Assembly (NCBI GenBank): GCA_973851085.1
Contig: OZ316776.1
Location: forward strand, 4,154,001-4,218,000
DNA length: 64,000 nucleotides
Direction of reading: 5' to 3'
Origin: Ptychomitrium polyphyllum
Lineage: Eukaryota
This document shows positions 24,335 through 35,875 of the stretch, one piece after another. The notes beneath the pieces were generated by a model, which saw nothing but the letters and a program-made list of their open reading frames with translations, searched no databases and was not told the DNA's origin. Position numbers and translations under genes: made by a program. Positions within the stretch are counted from its first letter, which is position 1. Each line of letters starts with the position of its first letter.

Positions 24335-27300
24335 AGATCTAATATTGACTTCGAACAATGAATACGTTAATGCAAATGAGTACTAAATTTCTTTTTACAT
24401 ATAATTTCTTTTATCTCTAGTCATTTCAAATAAATATCTTATCCAATTCTACCAATTATTGCCATTATTGTAAAAGTTTCATATGAAATGGACTTAAAAT
24501 AAAGTGTGAGTCTTAATAACTAGATTTTTTAATAATGATTGAGAATTTCATTGTAATTGTGGTAATTTACATATATTGTGGCTTTCATTAATATTCTGAT
24601 ATTTAAATTTTAGAAAATAAAATAACAAATAAATGTTTTTATAATAATATTTTTGAAAATTGACTAATAATGATTGTTGTTTTGGTTTTAAAAACACTTT
24701 TTGTTGTAATGTTTTTACACTAAATTAGAAATTATTTATCAAAATTAGTATAAGCATAACAAATATTAATTTCACAATAATGGCAATAATTTGTGTAGGA
24801 GGACCATTATGTTTTGCAATTTTTTTTCATACTTATTCCATTGTAATTTCTATGCTCATTATTCAAAATCAAATGCCTTAAACTAAGAACCAAAAATGTG
24901 TAAGGAATGATTTGTTAAAACAAAGAAACTTATAAAAAATTTAGCTTTATATAAGATTTCAAATTCCAAAAGAAATATGAGAGCAAAATAAGGTGAAAAG
25001 CATTTTGTTTTCATATTGCACCCAAAAAAATCATTACTTGGATTTCTAAGATCTTTTTTTAAAAATTATTTCAAAGAAGTAGGTTCAAAAAAACTTATTG
25101 AAAGCCATTTGTAAAAATTGATACAAAAGTTCATTCAAATTTTTATTTTATTTTTCATTGATCCCTTGATAAATTGATTTTGATTTGATTTGGTACATTT
25201 TTACCTTAATTAGTAATAATACAAATAAAACTTCAAAAATAATAATCTCTTCATATAAAATTCAAATACTATAGCCATTTAAAAATTTTGGAAAAATTTC
25301 ACAAAATTAATAATTCATGTTAGTACGTAAGAAAATTATTTTTCAAATAGACACAACTGATAAAAAGAGATTTGAAAACATTTGGTTCGTTACAGTTCAT
25401 TTCCGAATTTAAATAATATTCAATGAAATGACAAGCCTACTATGTTACTATAATAATTGACATTTCATTACATTAAAAAAATTTAGAATGTGTGAAGATT
25501 TGTGATATAGTATATCATGGAGCACAGAACATCACCAACAACAACAAATGATGGGCTAATTTTCCACAAAAATCTCTATACACGGGCTCAACACCCTCCC
25601 TCTCACAATTATCAACAGTAAATACTGATTAGAGTTTCACTGAACCAACAAGGCACCCCATGACAAGTATATGAATAATATCACCTCCATAAGTATGTTA
25701 AACGCCACATAACATAAAATATACATTTTCATGTCGTCCAGTTACATACTGGGTTTGGCTGAGCATCTTTCTCGCATTCTCGGCACGCTGTTCCTTCGCA
25801 ATAAAACATTCCTTTGATTGTTTTTGAAATAGAAAACGTTCCGTAATGTACAGGCTCTACCGGCGCCCTGTGGCATTTGTCACTGCGTCCCTGCGTATCA
25901 TAATAGCAAACCTGGACCTGACACAGATGTTCTTCGTGAAGGTGACGAAGCAGCCTGTACGCTACAAGGCTTCTATTTGTTCATCGGCTCATTTACTCGC
26001 TGTCTCATCTCAGCAATTGCAGTAGGTATTCTGTTATAGAAAGGTTCAATGCGCATGAGTGCGGCAGGAGGCCCATCCATATTGCATGTTCCAACAACTT
26101 CCAAACACCATCATTTGTCAGCAGAACACACTGGCCCCGTTCTTCATGATTTCATGTACGCAGAAGGTGACGAAGAACTGGCTTTCTGCACCAGTTTGTC
26201 TGGCAGGTCGCACTCTGGGGCAGAAACCTTGGCCTCCAGAAAATGTTGGAACTGAGGGGCTGTTTGCAGCTGAGGGTTTGGGCTCCAAACCAAAGACCCA
26301 AGTGGCACCTCAAGTGAAGAACCAGATACCATCTCCGACAAAGGGGGTTTGAGCGGGTTTTGGCTAATAGTGAAAAGAAAAGAGTATGAAAATGATAATA
26401 ATATAAACATTATAGTATAAGAACAATATAATGATCAAAAAGCGTAAATCCTGAACCTGATTGGTTGTTCATAGTTGTTTTAGATTTCAAGAATGTCGAA
26501 ACAAATTTTGTTGCTTCAAAAAAGCAGCTTCAATGTAAGTTTCTTTGTAATTTTAAAAGGTTATTCTCCACATCCACCAAACGAGAACTCAAGTAGATTT
26601 TTCAACCATGGAAATTTGCAAGGATTGTCGCCCACATTTTACTTTGTATAAATTCAATTATAGAGTACCATTGCTTTCCGACAATTTATTGTCTTGTCTT
26701 TGGACTCTAACTCAATGCCCTTGATAACAAACAACTCATAATTAAATGTTCCAACAAAAAAATAGGGTCTTTCTATACAAACCATTTGTACAAAATCTCA
26801 ACCTTTTACCATTGCATGGTATGTTTTGGAACTCATTTCAATCTTTCAATATTATATATTAATATTTCCAACCTACTAGTAGCATTCTTTTAGGTGAATG
26901 GAAGTTTAGCTCATCTTATAATTTGCATGAGAACAATTTTTTTTTATTCACTATTAAAATTTTACACATCAACTTCAATAACATTTATCAATGATCCTTT
27001 TGAACATCCACTTTTTAAAAGAAACATTCCCTCATTTAAAAGACAATTCATTAAGAGTACCTTATTTTAATGAAGATTGATGGAACTTGTGTATCAAATT
27101 ACAAAACTATAATTTTGTTTTCAGGCATTCATTGTCACATGCTCTCATTATTATTTAGTGTAAATGTATCAATTTCCATGACAGTTTAGTTGATTTGAAT
27201 GTTGAAGAATGGTCCATGAAATAAAATACAAATCTTAGAATTTCAAAGTTTAAACATACATTATTTAGTAATTTTGATGGATCACCTTCAAAACAACAAT

Positions 27301-30300
27301 ATCTATAAGCATAATTTTAAAGCAATTGAACATGGTTTATTTTTTTAAAATAATTTTATAGTTGAATCATATTTACACAAAGAAAATATAAAATTAAACA
27401 TTACAAATCATATTATATGGACATTGTAGAAAAATATTAAGAATGTTTTATTTAAAATTAATTGAACTCCTCTTTATTTTAGGCAATTAACATCTCTACT
27501 AAAGAATATTATGAATTTGACCTATTCTCATAAGTTAAGGGAAAGGGAAATAAACACTACATGATATTCTTCTAAAGTGGAAAACTTTAGTTTTGAATAT
27601 TATATGTAGTTTTATATAAAAACAAACAATAAAATAAAAATGATTCAATCCTTTAAGTCAATGGTGGCTATTAGTCTTTGCTTGAGAATGTCATGCATAA
27701 AATTCTTTAACAAATTTGAAAACTACATGGGATAATTGGGCTTATTTTAAAAAAATTCCAAATTTGAACCTTTGTCAATTTTCATACACTGTATAAATAA
27801 ATCGTTTTAATGTGTTGAAAGTCATTTTGTTTTGCAAGCGTGTTAAGAAAAAAATGTGCTATGTTAATATTAACCATGTTTAAATGTTTTATTCACATTT
27901 GTGGATATAATCGCCTTTTGGATAACAACAACAATTACTAAAGAATGTTGTCTAAAAAATATTATGTTATAGACGTATGAATATTGCAAATAAGTAAACT
28001 CAAATTAAATTATAATGTATTTACATAGAAATTTTGTTTACAAATTCATTTGGAATTGATGTAGAATTTTCATGAAGAAATTATAAATTCCACATTTCAC
28101 CATCTTTTCAATAGCTCTTCCAATCTATACAAAAATTTTCCAACCACTAAAATTTATCCACAACACCACTTGTGAATGAAGCTTTTTTATGCCAAACTTG
28201 GTGTGCCAAAATTAACAAAAAGTCAAAATATTACTAATTTACCGACCTTTAATAGCTTGTACAAAATTCATATTAATTACACAAAAGATCAATGATATTT
28301 GAAACTTTGGAAAGAAATCAAAATCATTAAAAGAAACAATATGGTATTATAAAATTATGATAGCCTTATGCAACTTTCTCTACCTATAATTATTTTAGAA
28401 TTCAAAAATTTAAGACAAATTTATACAATCTATTAAATTGGCTTGGTTTTGTTAAAATTTTATATGTTCTATGCACATTTTTTAAATTAAATTTTTTATT
28501 AAAATAAAGTCAAGTACTTTATTTAAGCATCACCTAGACTATAACCTTAAATTTCTAAATTTTAAACTACTCTTTAGTACCATATAAATTTTTATTGCAA
28601 CTTCTACCTTTTATATAAAGTATGAAATTTTAGAAGCTTTTGTGTAATTGGTATGGATGTTTAAACCTTAAGCATCAAAAATAGTAAATTTGTTCATTGC
28701 AACTTCTTGTCAACTTCAATGCACATAACTTTGCACAAAATTGCTTATACACTAGTGGAATTGGATGCAAATTTTCATGGTTGGCAAATTCTTACAGGGA
28801 CTATAAGAAGCCTTTAAGCAAATGCTGAAATGTGAAGTTTCTTTACTTCATTCTTGGGACTCTACAAATAGAATAGTACATTGCTATTCTTGCTATGTAG
28901 TTAAATTCATTGACGTTATTACCAAAAATGATTATAAATTTGGAAATTCAGAAATTAAAATTCATCCCAGTAGTGATTACAAACACACAATTATCATTTT
29001 CTGATTGACAGGTGTTACAATGGATGTGATTCAAAATGAGATGTTCTTCATGCGGTGAGTTAAATTTCTTTTTGTTGCTGCTTAGTTTCATGACCTCGTT
29101 TTGAGAAGTGGAGTCTGTTACTCTACTACCCCTGCGAGTCATCCCGCTAAAGAATAGTATGATATGAGAATGGTTAGTGCAATGCTCATGGAAGTAATTC
29201 ATGAACTCCTGTGTAAGTTATGTATCTGAAAGCTGCAGGCTTCTACAGTATTGGGTAGACTTTAAAGCTGTCGCTCCCCGAGTACGACAGACAGACAAGG
29301 GAGGCTTCAATGATCCTACTCTCATTCATCTTGGCTACCAAGCATTTAATCCCAGTGCTACCATAGTGTCACCTTCTGTTATGACCGCGCTCAGAGATTT
29401 CAGACTGCACCTTGGCCGGTTATGTTCGGTTCAGAGATTTCTCAACTCAAGTCCTGACTCCTCAGAAACACACACAAGAGCAGCCCTAACTTATCCAGTT
29501 CTCTGCGCATTAAAATCTTCACTGTAGGATTTGAATTTCGTAGGACTCTTGCTTCCATTGAGTTTTCACGCATGTAACATAATCCGCACAACATCAAGAT
29601 AGTGAAATTACCTCCATGGCACTTACTGTGAGGGCCTGTTTACATGTGGGATTATGGCTTAGTTGAGGCCAAACGTGGGTGGATTCCCTCTTCTCATTGG
29701 TGGAGAATTTGAGGCCGGTGTCACCCACTTCAGATAAGTAGCCAAAGTTATCATAGAACTCGAGAGTTTTTATTTATCAGATTTTTTCAAAACTGATACT
29801 CGGTCCAAAAATGAAAACGTGCTCCTATTTTGGAAGGGTAAGTAATGGTTGTTGAGACTGGAACTCAATGTTAGGCTTTTGGTAGTAACTCAGTGAACAT
29901 AGGAAAGGTGGCCTTGAGAAGGTCTTGGTGGAGTGAATTAGCTTCCAAAACATAATCATCCCATGTGTAACGTGATGTTATATAATATAGGCAAAGCTCT
30001 TAAAATGGTATTTGCAGTATGTTGTACTTTTCTAAATTCCAACCTAGGATCTTCAAGACCAAAACATGTGCATTGTGCATTTAGGATCCTTTGTTTGTAC
30101 CTGCAATATCATAGTTGACTCAATATGTCATCTATTATGCTTTTGCAAAAGTTTTAAAATAACAGAAGTTGATGTAAGAGTTTTTACAATTTTTTTTAAA
30201 AATGTGTAAAAGACATGAGTTGCCTTTTAAGCTTTAATTATAAAATATACGTTCTAGATGCAACACATACAACAAAACAGAATTATCAATTTTGTTTTAG

Positions 30301-31679
30301 TCCATTACTTCATAAGCATATAAATTATGGATGATGAAGAAATTTAAGCTAATTCCTTTGTTCTTGTGGTTTGTTGTTTTCATTCCTTACATTTTTCTTT
30401 GATTCTTAAGGTACTTGACTAATATTTGGACGGTTTGGATTTTTGCAACAATCTGTTTTAATCTTTTGTAAGATATAAGTTGAAAGTATGTTTCACCAAA
30501 AATATGACTAATTAATCCTTACTTTTGATTTCTTGAAATTTACAAAATTCTTCATTTGGAGCCAATTAAAAGTATGTGTGCTCAAAGTTTTTTTCAAAAA
30601 ATCGATTTTAGAAGTTAAATGATTTTTTTATTAAAAAAATCATTTAAAAATATTGGTGATAATAAAAATAGATTCAATAGAGGAGATATGTTTAACAAAT
30701 TGCAAATAAAAAAACAAATTCAAAACATCAAACTTAAAAAGATCTTTTGACTATAATGAACTAAAAATAGTTAGGAGGTTTTATAACAACAATCAAAATA
30801 AAAATAATAATTTGAAATACAATAATTTCTTTAAATCATTGAAATAGGATTTTTAAAATAAATCATACTATCAAGTTTGCACTCACTAATATACTTTCTT
30901 GGTACTTTTTATTTGCAGTTCTATACCAATATTTTATGTTCTAATAACATGAGTTCAAAGATAAAATGAATAAATACTAATCTACATTAATGCCCTTAAA
31001 AATTACAATTTTTTTTCCCCTTCTTCTTCTTATTATTATCACTTTTTTCTTTTTCTTCTAGCTATTTCTTCCATCTAAAGACCAATAAAACTTTAAACTT
31101 CTTGGATTTTACATAAGTGATCCATTAATTAATTTACCTGTCAATCTATAAAATTTTTGTATCATAAAACTTAATTCATTAATCTACGCAATGCATTTAA
31201 AATTTTATGAATTAAAGCATTTCTAATAATGTGGTTACATTTCAAAATTATTAATTTTTTAGTTTGTTTTGGTGAAACAATGAATATTATTGGATTCATA
31301 TTACCGTGTATTGTACATTATATCATAAATGGATGTTATATTGTATACTTCTTATATTGATTAATGCATTCTAATTACATCTTAGCTATCTCCTACCATT
31401 GGAACTTTCATGCCTTATTATCATCATTATAAACATATGTTGTCCTCTCAGTGACATATCATTCTTAACCACATGATCTTGTATCATTCCTACAACAAAG
31501 CATCTAAAGCATCTAAGCTAGATACTCTACATTATTAACAAAGTTGAGTATTTGGAAAAAAATAGAGTACTCTTCTATTATTCGTGATGGTGTATGGTCA
31601 TCAGGTAAAAGAATGATTTGGCTCGTTTGAGACTCGCAGCTAGGTGGTTAAAATGTATCTCAGCATATCAAGATCTACA

Positions 31680-32275
31680 CCCTCCACGTGGCATTATCAC
31701 AATGTAACCGCGCAAAAAATCACACCGAGACGCAGGATATGGGCCCTGGTGACAGCTAGGGATCAGCTCGTCCTGCAGCCATGATTGGGCCCTCGTGCAC
31801 GGCTTGGCCCTCAGAGGTCCCCTTGGACCAAACCATGCTCCACACAGAATTTTCCTAGATCATGGAACCCATTGACCCATCAGTCACCGAGATCTACCAG
31901 GGCCCTGGGCCATCACCAGAAAACCACAACAATAATAGCTAAATAATCATCACAGAAACCACAACAAAGAACAAAATACCCCAGGGGCCAGAACCCACCC
32001 TGCATCCCGGGAGCCACAGAGAACGGCAGGGAACCACCAAGAAACTGGGAATCGCAATGCACCACAACAGAGCGACCGAGCCGCCTCGCCCCCCCCCAGC
32101 ACGGGCATACTCCCCTCTGACACCCGGGAGATACCCCAGGCCTTACGCGGGTATCGCCTCGCCCCGACGCCAACCAGATTGCCTGCCCCAAGACCGCCCT
32201 ATCCAGGCTCGTCGCCTCCGTTTGCCTGTGGTCAACCGACAAGCCCTCCGAGGGAAGCATATCCAAAACCGTCAG
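31680..32275. promoter_or_regulatory. GC-rich island with a G-box and clustered GGCCC/TGGGCC (TCP site II-like) motifs
   Basis: CCACGTGG at 31684-31691; TGGGCC/GGCCC at ~31740, 31786, 31806 and 31900-31911; palindrome CCAGGGCCCTGG at 31897-31908; direct repeat catcac(c)agaaa(a)ccacaacaa at ~31911 and ~31948. Confidence 0.35.
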
Positions 32276-34491
32276 TGTACCTAAATTTGATACACCAACC
32301 ACATTTTAGCAACATTATAACATTATTAGAAGAGGATGCAACATTGCACCACTAGTAGTAGCAAGCAATTACAATTGGTGCAAGGGAAAATACACATACT
32401 ACCTTGTGAAAATACTACAATGATGATTTATATAAGAATTGTTAAAAATATGTAATTATATTAATATATCTTGTCATAAATATTCTTTCCCATATAATAT
32501 ATGAAGAACATGTAATAAACAACTTCCTTCCAACTAGCAAAAATTATCATAAAACATGATAAAGATTTGAATAGCGGTGTAAGCATACACAATTATATAT
32601 TTTGAGAAAGAACAGTTGGTTGGTACAAACTATTTTTTATATGTAAGTACTTGCTTAGGAAATGTTAGGGATATAAAAAGCATGAAAAAAAATGCAAGAA
32701 TTAGCATCCAAGGAACTATTGTATAGTAAAAGTTAAAAATTGGTGCAAGAATTAAAAATAAAACAACATTATGGATATGTTTTACAATTTATATTGATGA
32801 AATTAAAGTGTATCTCAACATCCTTCATATTTATACCATAAAACCTATACTTCTTAAAATATTTCTAAATATATTTTTTTTAAAGTTAAAGAATATTCTA
32901 AATGTCTATGGAACTTTTGAAAAAATATTTCTAATGGAGGTGGAATGTCATGAAAGATTCTACAAACTATTAGGTGCAATTTAAATAATAATTAGTAATA
33001 TATTGCATTTTTTAATACAGTAATTTTGAAATAAAGTTTATTAAATACAAAATATTTTTAACAACATTTAGAATTGTTTTAACATATATTACATTAGATA
33101 ATAAAAAAGTTTAAAAAATAGTGTTATCAAATGATGTTATATGTAAAATACCACACGGTTTTTAAATGTATAAAAAGTATAAAAATATTGAGAAAAATAT
33201 TGTTTTCAAAGAAAAAAAATTCCATTATACTGAAATCCATATATTCTATAAAAACTCAAAATGTATAATGAACTATTATATGATGTTTCTTATAATTACA
33301 AAAATTATTCCAATTTGTCTAATTTATATTGAGATAGAATTGTTTCAATTGTATTAAAAATATCAAATATCCATAATGTTTTGATTGAATTAATAAAAAA
33401 AATTATTCCAGCTTATAAATATTAAAAGTTGTAAATTTAATACATTGTGACGTTGCATCTTTTAATAATTAGAAAAATTCATTATTTATTTTGGATATAA
33501 AAGTAATAATAGATTATAATGGATACATGTAGTTAAAAACTTATAGATATAAAAATTAATGTATTGGATTTATAAATGACCTATTATTTAAATTCAAAAT
33601 TTTGTGACAATATGGAAATATTCATTTAAAAATAGGATTGTAATGATTGCAAAGGTGATCAATGGATTTTTGAAGAACGTGAAGCATATTAAATGACATC
33701 TAATTCTAAGTAACATTTTTATTAATGGTTGTTATTTTATAAACTTTAAAAAATATGCATTACAAATTATGAAAGACATTGTATAAAATCCACAATTAGA
33801 AATGGAATTAGGTGGAATATCAACTAATATCTAGAAGTTTCATAAATTATTTCCTTCTATAGTTCTACATATCTTTAGCTATATATTTGGCATTATGTTT
33901 AAAAAACTTTTTTAACAACTAATATATTGAAATTCACTGTGAATTTGATAATTATGTTGCATTGAATATAACATCTTTTAAAGTGGGATCTTATATAAGC
34001 TATTCTGTTTCAAATTCATTTGTGCAATTGTATTATATTGATTAAAGTGACAATTATAGAGAATCTACCTTTTTTATAATGGTATTGGCAAAAGATTATA
34101 ACAAATATACAAGGTATTAAAAAAATAAAATTTAGTCAACTTTTATAGAAATATCAATTTGTGATAATTTTCAATAAATGTCCAAATCACATTTATAAAT
34201 AACACAACATGACTTAAAAGAATTAATCATTTTTTAAATGAAATATACCACAATTTTTTTTGTAGGTTATAGAATATTCTTACAATTATATATTATTCAT
34301 AAACCAAACCAAATGTTTACCTATTTTTCTAATAGAAGTTATCTTAAAATCTATCCATAGAACATGCTTTGCACAATAATGGAATTATGTTATAAATAAC
34401 GGCACCAAAATTCAACGGAAATTCATATTGTAATTCCATAATTCTAATGGAAAGTACAAGAATTTTAATGGAAAGTAGCGGAATTCTCATC

Positions 34492-34558
34492 ATGATAAAT
34501 GCCAACAGATGATAAATGCGCCAACAGATGATAAATGCGCCAACAGATGATAAATGCG
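34492..34558. repeat. Tandem repeat, about 3.5 x 19 bp (GATGATAAATGCGCCAACA)
   Basis: Directly visible at the junction of the AT-rich block and the GC-rich leader of the kinase gene. Confidence 0.9.
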
Positions 34559-34856
34559 ACACCATAATGATAGTGTGGCACCCGTCATGGCAATGCGGAT
34601 GGTTTTGGGGTGGCAGCGGCGGATTTAGGGTACGCATTGGGCATGGCCCTGGCACAAGGCGCAGACGCCAACCCTCAAGATGGTGTCGCAGCGCCGCAGC
34701 CCGACCCGCGCGTGCAGTCCGGGCGCAGGACAACCCGAGGGGCGCAATCCAACCCGCGCCGGGCCCGCGGGGGTGGCGTGAGGGCCGTTCGTCCGTTCCG
34801 AGGGCGTAGGGCCCGGAAGACGTTGTCTCCCGAGTGTCGCAGCCCAGTCTCCGCCC

Positions 34857-35074
34857 TGCACTGCACTGCACTGCCGCTCCGCTGCGACCTGCACCCCCTA
34901 GCCCAGCCCCAGCCCAGCCCAGCCCAGCCCAGCTCAGCCCGGCAACAGCAAAGCACCCCAGGTTTGCTCTCCGTCGTGGTGCACTTGAAGCAAAAAGGTA
35001 GCGTCGCCACTGGCACCCCGTTGTAAAGATCTCTTTGCCAGGCTTCATTGCACTGCATTGCACTGCACTGCACT
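34857..35074. repeat. Pentamer microsatellites (CTGCA)n and (CAGCC)n in the GC-rich promoter/5' leader
   Basis: ctgcactgcactgcactgc at ~34857-34874, (cagcc)n at ~34899-34940, cattgcactgcattgcactgcactgcac at ~35046-35073. A (GGT)n tract at ~35397-35418 lies in the putative 5'UTR intron. Confidence 0.85.
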
Positions 35075-35875
35075 CCAGGTCCCGGGATATAGAGCTCATC
35101 ACCTCTAGCTGTGATTTGGATCCATTCATGATTTGCCTGCAACCTTCTGGAGATCTGGTGGAGGGTCATGATTTGGGCAGTTTTGGTCCAGCCGTGAGAT
35201 TTGGTTCTGACGTGAGTTTTGGTGTCTAGGGGGGGTTTCGGGATCCAAAGTTGCTGTTTTGGGTTGGATTTGGGGATTTGAGGAGTTTAGCGTGGGGGTG
35301 AAGAGAAGGTGGTATTGTTTGTGGGGAGTGGGCGTCGGTTGGTAGGTGAGGAGCGTTGGAACGCGAGTTTTGGAGTTTGGGAAGAAAATTGGGTTAGTGG
35401 TGGTGGTGGTGGTGGTGGTTCTCGGATCTGCGTCTCGAGGGGCTCATGAAGGTTGCGTTAAGGAGGCTGGCAAGTGGAGGTGCTGGGGATCGTGAATCTG
35501 GTGGCGGCTTGAACCGTGGGTGAAAGGGAGCAGGAAGAAGAAGCACGGCGGTTTGGGGGAACGGAGGTTGCGGGGCGTCATGAGATTGACGTTCAGGTCG
35601 CCGGAGGGCGGAGGGCAGCTTTGAAACAGAGGCGGGAGGGACTTGGGGGCCTCTGTGTTTATATTCTTCAAGTGAATACTGTCTATTTTTCTATTTTGGA
35701 CGAGATATCCAGCCGTTACGCTGCTATCAATTGGTGTAAATATATGCATGTGGCTTACGGAGCAGTGGAGGTCGGGGTCAGTGTCTAGAACCCGTATGCA
35801 GGAGACGGCCTGAGGAGGACGCAGGCAAAGATGCAAGGGTTTGTTTGTTGTATTTGAAGGCAGGTTGTTTGCAGA

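Noticed and set aside
27120..27200. GIHCHMLSL as a hAT transposase CxxH motif
   Set aside because: A single weak motif with no other colinear hAT motifs recovered; the block is left unclassified.
29641..29653. ATCCCACAT (minus strand) as an snRNA/telomerase-RNA USE promoter element
   Set aside because: No correctly spaced TATA box and no recognisable snRNA or telomere-template sequence downstream.
32350..34575. CACTA...TAGTG as a complete CACTA element
   Set aside because: Similarity is limited to the 5 terminal bases and the flanking trinucleotides (CAC vs TGG) do not form a TSD.
35038..35049. CCAGGCTTCATT, a 12-nt match to miR166
   Set aside because: The flanks do not match the mature miRNA and no complementary star arm is visible nearby.
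34344..35229. Overlapping 64-261 aa ORFs on both strands
   Set aside because: They arise from a GC-rich promoter/leader with pentamer microsatellites (AVQCS, LGWAG, AQPSP repeats) and show no protein-like signal.
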